64,000 nt of DNA, taken from assembly GCF_030684315.1 (NCBI RefSeq), contig NC_081391.1, positions 20,358,629 through 20,422,628 on the forward strand. The letters are read 5' to 3'. This stretch comes from Stegostoma tigrinum (taxonomy: Eukaryota). The notes beneath the pieces were generated by a model. It saw only the letters and a program-made list of their open reading frames with translations. It did no database searches and was not told where the DNA came from. The translations under genes and the position numbers were made by a program. Positions 1 to 10,213 of this stretch are shown piece after piece (the stretch's first letter is position 1; each line of letters begins with the position of its first letter).

Positions 1-12
1 CACCATTATCAC

Positions 13-114
13 CATGGAGAGATAAACATAGGAAAAAGAAAGCACCAGGTTGATCTGCTTGTTAACAACACCCACACAGGCCTTGTGTTGGATCTGCCAC
101 ACTTGGGAGGGCAT
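13..114 (-). pseudogene. Exon 1 of a diverged ('D-type') ferritin copy; rest of gene lies left of the window
   Basis: 102-nt exon translating [34 protein letters not shown], followed by a GT donor. Ferroxidase E27 is replaced by V. Near-identical to exon 1 at 31874-31975. Confidence 0.85.
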
Positions 115-181
115 CTTCACTATTGCTGCTCACAATCACTTGAACAACTCTAGAACTAAGTCTCCCTACCACAAGCTCTTG

Positions 182-345
182 TATTTATACTCCTGGAAAA
201 CATCCTTCACCCAACCAGGAAATGTCATCACTAACAATGATTGGTTGTCAGAGATTGTCAATCAGGAATCTGCAAGAACCCAGGCACCAATGAACAAGGA
301 GAGGGGGTGTGGGGCAATGTGCTGAGACCCAGAGTCAACCAGAGA
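182..345 (-). promoter_or_regulatory. Ferritin proximal promoter (TATAAATA plus CCAAT-type boxes)
   Basis: TATAAATA at 182-189, 68 nt from the ATG, the same spacing as in the paralogues. ATTGG/CCAAT motifs lie upstream. Confidence 0.7.
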
Positions 346-1009
346 TTTGGGCAACAGTCAGGTTGAGATTATTATTCTGTGATAATGAGAGCACTTAGCC
401 TCTCAAGCCTGTTCCCCCATTCAACTGGATCAGTGCGAGTCTGTCTTTTCTTTGAATATCTTTGCCTGGGTTCTGCATCGCGTCATATTCTGAACTAACA
501 TAGCTCACCAAATCAGTTTTGAAATGTCCAAGGGGCTTGCAGAATGTTGGGAGTGATAATGTTATGTTTGAGATTAAGCATCATCACTGCTTACCATAGC
601 TTTGATCTGAAGATTATTCCCCCTTTTCCAGGATTATTTCGCCACAGGAAACAGTACATTGTCTAACGGCATGATTAGATCCATTAGGAATCCAAAGTAC
701 CTGGATAATGTTCGTTCTTGAGTCTTCCACAATCTTTCAAGGACAAGGCTAGTTGATGTAAACTGTATTCATAATGTAACCAGCTTGGGGCTGAGAAAAT
801 GCTGGTGAATCTGTGCTAAGGTTCCTCAAATAACCCTGTCAGAGCTCAGCACAGCGCTCCAAATGTGCTCTGATGCCACTTCTATGCTGTTGTATTACAA
901 CACATGCTGTTTTGTTGTCCAGCCGGCTTGGGGGAAAGTGAGCACGTTCTGGCCTTTTTAATTCGGCTTTCATATCTGCCCACTGCCACACGGTTATTAC
1001 GGTGCTGAT

Positions 1010-1605
1010 GGCGACCATTCAGCCCATCGTATCCACCACCAACTCGCTGAGCGTTTCACCTCTTGCCATTCTCCTGCACTGTCCCTGTAATCTCCATGTT
1101 ATTCCCTTCCAGATATCAGTCCTATTCCCTTTTGAATGCGTGAATTGAACCTGCCTCCAACACACTCTCGGACTATACATTTCACACCCTATCCACTCGC
1201 TGTGTTGGAAGGTTTTTATTTTTGCAGATCACTTCAGCTTCTTTTGCCAATTTTAAACCTGTGCCTTCTTGCTCCTGACCCTTTCACAAATGGGAACATC
1301 ATGCCACTGTTTGTTCTTTCTGGATCCGTATTTGCGCCGTTTGCTTTCCAGAGAGACAAGTCCCAGCCTATCCAATATATCCTCACACCTGAAATTCCTC
1401 ATTCCTGGAGCCATTCCAGGAAGCCTCCTCTGCACTCTCTCCAGTACGTCCACTCTTTCCTTCAGTGTGATGTGCAGAACGAGACACAGTATTCCTGTTG
1501 GAGTCAAACTTAAGCAGGTTCAGCATAATCACCTTGCTCTTGTACACTTGCCCCTACTAATAAAGCTCAGGGCACTGCGAGCTTTGTAAACGATTCTCTT
1601 AAACA
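1010..1605 (-). mobile_element. Degenerate CR1 LINE 3' fragment (continues at ~2990-3260 after a nested Penelope-like insertion)
   Basis: Minus-strand translation gives DVLERVQRRLPGMAPGM...LDRLGLVSLE, typical of the CR1 ORF2 C-terminus. A WQMKFN-like coding remnant lies near 3100-3140. Paralogous copies at ~13815-14412, ~32870-33468 and ~52070-52663. Confidence 0.75.
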
Positions 1606-1609
1606 GACC

Positions 1610-2985
1610 TCAGAGATAATGGGAACTGCAGGTGCTAGAGAATCTGAGATAACAAAGCGTTGAGCTGGATGAACACAGCAGGCCGAGCAGCATCTTAGGA
1701 GCACAAAAGATGACGTTTTGGGCCTAGACCCTTCATCAGAAAAGGGGGATGGGGAGGGAACTCTGAAATAAATAGGGAGAGGGGTAGGCGGACTGAAGAA
1801 GAATAGAGGAGAAGGTAGGTGGAGAGGAGAGTATGGGTGGGGAGGTAGGGAGGGGATAGGTCAGTCCGGGGAGGACGGACAGGTCAAAGGGGCCGGGTGA
1901 GGTTAAGAGGTAGGAAATTGAGGTGTGGCTTGAGGTAGCAGGAGGGTCTAGGTGAGAGGAAGAACAGGTTAGGGAGGCTGGGATGAGCTGGGCTGGTTTT
2001 GGGATGCAGTTGGGGAAGGGGAGATTTTGAAGCTGGTGAAATTCACATTGATACCATTGGGCTGCAGAGTTCCCAAGCGGAATATGAGTTGCTGTTCCTG
2101 CAACCTACGGGTGGCATCATTATGGCACTGCAGGAAGACCAGGATGGACATATTGTCTCAGGAACGGGAGGGGGAGTTGAAATGGTTCGCGACTGGGAGG
2201 TGCAGTTGTTTACTGCAAACTGAGCGTAGGTGTGCTGCAAAGTGGTCCCCAAACCTCTGCTGAGTTTCCCCAATGTAGAGGAAGCCATGCCGTGTACAGC
2301 AGATGCAGTATACCACATTGGCGGATGTGCAGGTGAACATCTGTTTGATGTGGAAAGTCATCTTGGGGCCTGGGATGGGGGTGAGGGAGGAGGTGTGGGG
2401 GGCAGGTGTAGCACTTCCTGCGTTGTAGCGGAAAGTGCTGGGTGTGGTGGGGTTGGACGGGAATGTGGAATGGATGAGCGTGGAGCGGACAAGGGAGTCG
2501 CGGAGAGAGAGTGGTCTCTCTGAAGGCAGACAATGATGGGGATGGAAAAATGTCTTTGGAAGTGGAGTTGGATTGTAGATGGTGGAAGTGTCGGAGGATG
2601 ATGATTTGTATCCAGAGGTTAGTGGGGTGGTATGTGAGGACGAGGGGGAATCCTCTTGGGGAAGTTATTGTGAGGGTGGTGTGTGAGGAAATAATTGCAG
2701 GAAATGCGGGAGACACGATTGAGGACATTCTCGCTCAAAACAAGGAGGAATTGGCAAGTGGCAGTCTTGGAAGAACGAAGACATTTGGGATGTGCAGGAG
2801 TGGAATGCCTCTCCTTGGAGCAGAGGCAAAGGAATTGGGAATAGGGGATGGAGTTTTTACAGGAAGGTGGGTTGGAGGAGGTGTATTCCAGGTAGCTGGG
2901 GGAAGTCGGTGGGCTCGAAATGGACATTGGTTTGTCGGTGGTTGCCTGCGATGGAGACAGGAAGGTGAGGAATGTGTTGGAGGTG
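1610..2985 (-). mobile_element. Penelope-like element (GIY-YIG endonuclease region plus 3' end with mutated hammerhead motif), 5'-truncated
   Basis: ORF fragments [37 protein letters not shown] and EQQLIFRLGTLQPNGINV match the PLE GIY-YIG domain. Frameshifted. Hammerhead core at 1712-1739 has GAAA changed to AAAA. Confidence 0.85.
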
Positions 2986-4393
2986 GCCCTTCCACGATGT
3001 AATGCAATTACACCATGCAGTTCACTCACTCCTGCACCCTCTTTAGAAATGCACCTTTTATTTTGTATTATCTCTACCTGCTTTTCCCACCATTTTTTCT
3101 GCTTTGAACTTCATCTGCCACTTGCGTGCCCATTCCACCAATATGTCTGTGCTCTTGTGAGGTTCTACACCATGGCCGTCACGCTAAGTTTCTTATCATG
3201 TACAAAGTATGAAATTGCATCTTTTATACCAAGGTCTAAGTCATTAGTTTGCTTTTGAAAAAGCCTGGTTCCTCCCCCTAACCCGTGGAACTCCACTACA
3301 AACCATCCCCCCCTCGTCCAGAGAGCATCCATTAGCAGCACTTCTGTTTCTAGTAATGAGTAACTCGTCAAAGTGACGAGCATCTACTCCTTCACTTGTC
3401 CCATTTGGAAAGTGAATGAAAAGCTGATGCAAAAGGACAATGCATCTAGAAGTTGTAGCCTCTCAGTGTTCATAATGTATTGAACCTACTAATTTCCAAT
3501 TTTGAAACTAGTCCTCAAGCAAACTTAAGAAATCTACTCCCCACCCAAGTCCCCTAACCTGCCATTTCTAAATGGATGCTGTATATGTTGCTTGGCTTCT
3601 ATTCAAGCAGAGCTTCAGAATGTTGGAGCTGAAAAAAGTTCACAAACAGGACCTCTCCTCCTCAGCAATTTCTGAACCCTGTTCCCCTGCTGAGAGCTTC
3701 ACTTCAGACAAACAAGAGGAAAAGAAGTGACCCAAACAATGATTGGCTGCTGTGCATATAAAAGCTATTGGGAGGTATGGAAGGGTAGGAAGTAAGAAGT
3801 AATGAGGAATCAGGTGGGGGTGGGGGCGTTGAAGAAGAAAGGCAGAAAAGCTTGGATTCCAACTCTGATTCCTTGAAATCATCCATCTGCTAAACCTCAG
3901 GGCCCAAAATTAAAAACAAAACAAATCCACAAGCTGCAGATGGGAAGGTGTGGGACAGCCCTTACAGTCTGCAAACTTAGAAAGAGTTTACTGACCCTTA
4001 CTGCTGTTGGAAAAAGGGTAGAGGAAGCACCTAGTGTCTAGTGTCATCCAGAGAAGAAAGTCCTAGCACTAAGTGGTACACACCTGGAAGGCTAATGTAA
4101 CACTAAAAGCAAACACCTCATGTACATTTTCATATGGCAAATTTGTATGTTCCATATGTGCACACAATTTAAGCTACCTTTGGAAGAAGCTATAGAAGTG
4201 AGTGAAATTTCCATTGTGGATTTTTTCAGTCAAGTTTCCTGGTTAGCTGTTGGTAATTTAGGTAGTTTTAAAACAAAGATCCAAAATCCAGTTCCACAAA
4301 TACTTGTATTTCCATTTGGAATGGCAGACAGAAAAAGGCAAAGTGTTTGTCAGAATTAGGTCACAAATGGACCAGTTTCTTCTATAACCCCAT

Positions 4394-6580
4394 TCAGCTG
4401 AGTGTGAGCTTGTCAAACAGGTACTCTCCCACACCATTGTCAGGGGCTCCCAGTCTCTTCAGGTTGGTGATGTGATCTCCCAGCTTCTTGATCATCTTCA
4501 CTTGCTCATCCAAGTAGTGCCTCTCCAGGAAGTCACACAGCTGGAGAAAGAAAAGAAATGAGTAGCTCACTAAACAGAAAGCATCTTGGTACTTCAAATG
4601 CTCTGTGCTATGTGAATAGGTACATTTAACCTCAAGGACCAATGCTTGATCACCTTCAGACAAAAAAAAGGAGAGAGATTGTGAAGTACTCACATGAGGG
4701 TCCTTGTGGCCAGAGGCGAGTTTGTGCAGATCCAGCAGACTCTGGTTCACATCCTTCTCCATCTGCAGAGCTCTCTGCATTGCCTCCAGACCATTGCCCC
4801 ACTCATCCTGCTCTGGCTTCTGGAAGAAGGGTTTTGTTAGTCAGAAGCTGCTATGGGCTTCTGTACTAGAACTAAAGGCTGTGCCTTTCAAGGCTAAAAA
4901 AGGCTTGAACCACATGTTGCAGATTGCCACCCTCCACTTTTGGAGAGAGGGGGGGGGCATAACCTGCCACATCTTAAACATAAAAGAAATTCGGAATCAA
5001 TGCACATGTGATGTTAGTGCTGGAGCTTAAGTGCCTGATGCAGCGTTTGAAGTCAGTCGCTCCCCCATACAAATGGGGAATTGTTGGAGTCAGTGAAGTA
5101 CTAGACTATCCTACTGCCTAGTCAGTTCCAGCTGCAAATAAGGGAATGCAAAGCAAAATGTTGCATTGCCCTAAGTGACTCCGGCCCGGATGTTTCCAAT
5201 GGTCAATCGTTTAAGACCACCAGGATGATAGTGAAAAATCACTGGGCACTACAGTTGAATGAAACCTCAAACTCCTTTGCCATTTGAGCATTTTAGAATT
5301 CAATTAAATTCCTAAACACCACCCTATCCATGTGGATGGAAACCTTGGTTAAGAAACCAAGCAGGTTTCTTAAAACCATGAATTTAAGTCAAGTACAGGT
5401 CATACAGAGGAGTGCTCATCTCAATCAATTGTTTCTGATCACTCCACGAGCTCCATTGGATTAGAAAAAGCCAACAAAAACATTTCAGCCCATGCACTTG
5501 AACAGGTGCAGAATCAAGATACAGGCTATCCAAAACAGGCTTCTGTCAAAGTAAACCCTCAAGCTTTCCCCTTTTAAATTAAACAGGGGGGTTAAAAGCC
5601 CAACCTTGATGTCCTGCAGGAGGACTCGGCCTCCACGTTTATTCTGGAATGCCATCAGTTTCGCAGCATGTTCCCGTTCCTCATGGGACTGCTCCTTGAA
5701 GAACTCAGCAAAGTGTCGCAGGGCAACATCGTCCCTGTCAAAGTGAGAGAGCTGTGGAGGGAAGGATTGGACAGGAATCAATTAAAGTAGACCCAGAAAT
5801 TCTAAAAGCCAAGGGCTTGGTTACTCATTCTCTACCTGGCTTCAAGTTAGAGACTTGGAATTTCAGTCAAATATATTGGCCTCAGCTAGTTTGAAATCTA
5901 GTCATTTCTGACCACATGCAACCCCCATCCTTGTGTTTGGGGGATCATGTTAGGAAATAGTAGATGTTAAGAGGCCAGAGACAGCAGTAATTTTTGCCTT
6001 AGCATTCCACTTACTCTACTTAATGCCACAAAGACTTGCTTCCCTCACTCATCAGGGAGGTGGTACAGAAGAACCATCTGAACAGCCCAGCATTGACTCC
6101 TCACATGGATTAGTGATGTCAGTTCAGGTAAGAAAGATCTAGTCAGTTTTGGGGGCAGTGAAAACAAGATTGATCAGCTAGTTTCTCACCCCAAGACAGC
6201 CTCAACATTCAGTTTTACCATTAGAGTAAGGAATTAGATTGCTCATGTGGACTAGAATAATTCTTGTTGTCAAACCCACAGACACCTCAGATTTAGCCAG
6301 TTTAAAAGAACACGACAATGACAAGTTAGACAACAGACTTGTATCACAATTTACTTGGCAGGGGAGGCAGAGATTAGAATTAACCCTTAAATTACAGGTC
6401 ACTAACACCAGAACTTGTTGCTCAGAATAGTGAATTATTAATAACTTTGAAAAAGTACCCAGAAGATACAGCACTCACCATGGAGAGGTAAACATAGGAG
6501 GAATAGAGCTCCAGGTTGATCTGCTTGTTAACAGCATCCTCACAGTCCTTGTGGTAGTTCTGACACACTTGGGAAGCCAT
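4394..6580 (-). CDS. Ferritin heavy/middle-subunit-like gene, intact, 173 aa (copy A1)
   Basis: Exons 6479-6580, 5605-5751, 4694-4819, 4394-4540, all GT-AG and phase 0. Protein [62 protein letters not shown].../[26 protein letters not shown].../[27 protein letters not shown]...KLTLS*. Ferroxidase residues retained. Confidence 0.95.
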
Positions 6581-6647
6581 TGTCACTATTCCTGCTCACT
6601 ATCACGTAAACAAGTCTCATACTAAGCCTCAGTACCATATGCTCTAG

Positions 6648-6815
6648 TATTTATACTCCTGGGACATCCTATGTTCAACGAGGGAATGACATCACCAATG
6701 ATGACTGACATTCCCTGAAAGCCAATTAGGAATCTCCCATGAATTTAGCCCCGCCTCTGCCCTCCCACCAATTAGAGAGAGGGTGTGGGTGTATGAGGCA
6801 GAGCTGATCAGAGGT
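6648..6815 (-). promoter_or_regulatory. Promoter of ferritin A1: TATA box, CCAAT array, TGACATCA, NF-kB-like site
   Basis: TATAAATA 6648-6655; TGACATCA 6687-6694; CCAAT at 6695, 6722 and 6768; GGGAGATTCC on the minus strand at 6729-6738. Nearly identical blocks at 24626-24790 and 45496-45660. Confidence 0.75.
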
Positions 6816-7079
6816 GCAGATTGTTGTCAAGTCTGGATGGTTATTCTGTGATTGGATCAGCAGTCGGTCATTTAGAATCTCCAATCTGCTGGAACTCTCT
6901 ATCGGGTCATGGTTAGTTTGAAAAAAAAACTAGATTTGGATTTGGAAAGCTTTTCTTTCTAAGCTTGTTGTGACCAACTGCAAGAGGTGCTCAATGAAGG
7001 AGAATCAGTTTCTGCTGGGATCTTGGAGAGAAAGGTAGGAGATTGGTGGTAGTTCCTAGAAATTTGAAACAGAAACAAA

Positions 7080-7860
7080 CAGGACAAAGACAGGAAGGAT
7101 GTTTCTGATGACCAATGTGCCCAGAACCAAGGGTCGCTGTCTAAGGATATAGAGTAGTCTGTTTGGGATTGAGATGAGGAGAAATGTCTTCAGCCAGACA
7201 GTGGGGTGTCTGTTGTATTGTCTGGGACAGGAAACAGTTGAAGCTAAAATACTGAAGGTTTTGAAGAGTTAGATGTAGCTGATAGGGCTATGGGGATCAA
7301 AGGGTATGGAGAGAGAGTGTGAAGAAGGTACTGAGTTAAGGGATTACCCATGATCATATGGGATGTCAGAGCAGGCTGGAAGGGCTGTATCAAAATGGTT
7401 CATAATTTTGAACATTTCAATCAGGTGATCTTTTAATCTTCTCTGCTCCAAGGAGATAAGGCCAATTTTTAAAATCTTTCCTGGTATCATTCCAGCAAAT
7501 CTCCTTTGCACCGTGTCCAGGGCTTTAATGCCGTCCCGTAGAAACAGTGCCCAGAATTGAACACAATACTCTAATGCGGTCTGACCAATGGTGTGTAGTG
7601 GTGTAGCGTTACTTCTTTGCTTTTATACTCTCGGGCTCTCCTTAAAAACACAAGATTCCTATAAGCATTCTTCATGACTGTTTCATCTTGCCTGGCCACC
7701 TTCAGGGAATTGTAGTTTTAAATCCTGAGGGCTCTCTGCTCCTGTACTCACCTTGACGTTGTTCCATTGAACCTGTATTATCTCTTCATGTCTCCATGTT
7801 TCTTCGACCAAAATGCATTTCTTGCATTTTTTTGTGTTGAAATTATAAAGTGATTGCCAA
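7080..7860. mobile_element. Two old CR1 fragments (plus-strand 3' end ~7080-7390; minus-strand ORF2 piece ~7420-7860)
   Basis: The plus-strand piece resembles the 3' end of the young CR1 at 26690-27000. The minus-strand piece has an LEYCVQFW-like coding remnant near 7545-7575. Paralogues at ~25060-25830 and ~45940-46700. Confidence 0.65.
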
Positions 7861-7924
7861 CATCAAATCTTACCCAATAAAAATCAAATGATCCTAATTT
7901 TGAAGTCTTCAACTGACACCCCAC

Positions 7925-7943
7925 GTGTGTGTGTGTGTTTTTA

Positions 7944-7976
<33 letters not shown>

Positions 7977-7978
7977 GT
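7925..7978 (+). repeat. Interrupted (TG)n microsatellite
   Basis: Directly visible. Much shorter at the paralogous sites near 25925 and 46785. Confidence 0.95.
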
Positions 7979-8919
7979 CCACTATCCACTATCCCTTCTG
8001 TGAAGAAGCTGTTTCTGACATTATCCTGGACAGTTTAGCACTAATTTGAAGATTCTATTTCCATTCCAGACCCTACGTCCTAGATGACCCATTGAGATGA
8101 AACAATTCCTCTCAAGCTACCCTGTCAAATCCACGAATGCTCTTAAAACTTTCAATTACCGCCATCTCTTAACCTTCCATACTGAGGGACTCGGGCAAGC
8201 TGCCATCATCATTTAACCAGCTCTTTATCTCTGAGTTGATTCTGGAAATTCCCTGCTGCACCATCTTCAGGCCCAATCTGCCGAAAATGAGATCTCCAGA
8301 GGTGGTTGAACCAGAATGTGACAATTTCACAAAAAAACCTCCACCCAGGGGTGTTCAAATCCCTTTGAGATCAGGACTGACATTGAATTATTTTCTTTGT
8401 TCAGTGTTTTTATATCTCGTCACTAGTTTCAATACATTTTTGTCCACTTGTCTCAGTTTCATTTTGATCATTAGTTTTGACAACCCAGCAGAAGATGTTC
8501 CCATTTCTAAAATACTCTGGCTCATCTTTCTTGGTCAGAAGTGGATAACTTCACACTTCCCCTTATTGAACTGTATCAGCCAGTCTTCCCAACTCCATGG
8601 AAGTTTGAAACATTCTCCTGCCATGATAAAGTGCCACTTGATGTAATGCCATCAGCAAATATTTGAATTGAGGCAGTCCATTTCTTCATCTGTAACATTT
8701 ATAATCCAAGGAAAAGTTAAGGCCCCAGCTTCGCTCCTTGGGGAAAGTAATCACATCTTGCTTTTTCTTTTATTACCTCATGGGGTGAACGTTTTGTTGG
8801 CTGGCCCACTTCCCTAATTATTATTGTCTTCTTGAATTGCTGTTGTCCATTTGGTGCAGGGAGATCCATAATGCCATTTTGGACAGAATTCCAGGATTCA
8901 GATGGTATGACTGTAGATT

Positions 8920-9140
8920 GAGTTTTGCCTCATGAGCTTCATTGAGTATTTTGAAGAAGTGATGAAGAGCAATGATGAGGGCAGAGTGGTGGGAGTGATC
9001 TACATGGGCTGTAATGAAGCGTTTGACAATGTTGCTCACAGTAAGCTGTTTAGCAAAGTGAGATCACATGGAATCCAGGGAGAATTATCCATTTGGATAC
9101 AGAAATGGCTCAAAGGTGGAAGGCACAGGGTGCCGGTAGA
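8920..9140 (+). mobile_element. CR1 reverse transcriptase fragment
   Basis: IEYFEEVMK..DEGRVVGVIYM..NEAFDNVAHSKLFSKVRSHGIQGELSIWIQKWL..RHRV matches the CR1 RT region around DFSKAFDKVPH. Paralogues at ~27966-28188 and ~47750-47970. Confidence 0.8.
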
Positions 9141-9142
9141 GG

Positions 9143-9990
9143 CAACAAAGTGTGGAGCTGGAGGAACACAGCAGCCCAGGCAGCATCAGAGGAGCAGAAA
9201 AGCTGATGTTTCGGGTTGAGACCCTTGAGAAACTGGGAGGGGGAAGGGGAAGCTCAGAAATAAAGAGGAGGGGTGGGACTGGGAAGGTAGATGGGATGGT
9301 GATGGGTGAGTGCAGATCGGGAGTGGTCAGTGAGGTGGGAAAAGAAGATGTACATGAACAGGTCAAGGAGTTGGGGATTGGTCATGGGATTAGGAGACTT
9401 GAGGTTAATAAGGTTCACATTTAGTGTCTTGGGCTGTAAGCTCCCAAGGCAGAATGAGGTGCTACTCCTCCAGTTTGCGAATGACATTGGTGTGATACTG
9501 GAGGATACCCAAGGTGGACAGGTCAGCCATGGATTGGTAGGGGGGGAAAAGAAGTTAAAACGTTTTGCGATTGGAAAATATTGTTTGTTGCTCATTGAGC
9601 ACAGATGCTCTTGAAAAACTGTCTCCCTCATGGTGGCTACATTGGGTGCAGCCGATACAATAGACCAACTTCAAACAGGTGCAGGTGATCTGTGTCTGAT
9701 GCCGAAGGTTTGTTTGTTTTTGTTCTGAATGGAGACACGGGCTGGATGTGGTGGTGGGGCGCCGAGGGTGTCAGGGAATGGTTTAGCTGTTCCTGCAGTT
9801 GCAGGGAACAGGGCTGGGGTTAATGGGGAGTACAGAGTGGATGAGGGAGTGGCAGGGATACAAGCGTAGAGGTACTGGGGTGTCCACAGTAAGAGGGGCT
9901 ATGCCTGCTTCTGTGGGATATGTGGAACAGTCCCTCTTCTGCTGCTACACTGGCATTATCCCCTGCCTGTTCCTTACTCAAAGATTAACA
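9143..9990 (-). mobile_element. Older Penelope-like element with an inverted RT fragment at its 5' end
   Basis: Minus strand: degenerate GIY-YIG C-terminus (FCLGSLQPKTLNV) and a decayed hammerhead 3' end near 9200-9230. Plus strand ~9895-9990: VGYVEQSLF..YTG.IP.LFL, which is PLE RT sequence just before YIDD. Paralogues at ~28189-29060 and ~47972-48820. Confidence 0.7.
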
Positions 9991-10148
9991 GTAAATAGCC
10001 AGCTACATTGCTGTGTGGGTGGTGAGTCAGCTGTCGGCCAACTGCTTTCCTTCCCTGAAAGGGTGAAAAAAGTTTAGAACTGTTGACAGTTGGCCTTTCT
10101 GCAAATTGAGTGAAGTGTCTCTGCTACTCTGACCCACCCCCCCACTGA

Positions 10149-10213
10149 AGCCTCGAGGCAATGAAGGGAACTCTGCAGATAAAGAAGGTGAACCAGAGGC
10201 TCCTGGATCTCCT
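10149..10213 (+). pseudogene. Plus-strand relic of ferritin exon 3
   Basis: GAGGCAATGAAGGGAACTCTGCAGATAAAGAAGGTGAACCAGAGGCTCCTGGATCTC aligns to exon 3 ([20 protein letters not shown]). Better preserved copy at 29259-29327. Confidence 0.7.

Noticed and set aside
4394-4780. Single-exon 128-aa ferritin ORF reading through intron 3 (also 36253-36642)
   Set aside because: Intron 3 is 153 or 156 nt and stop-free, probably by chance. Canonical GT-AG sites are present, and the homologous intron in G is 140 nt, so the frame is not conserved.
9990-10045. Possible plus-strand ferritin exon-1 relic (NSQL...ESAV)
   Set aside because: Only a few matching residues with the wrong spacing; indistinguishable from chance by eye.
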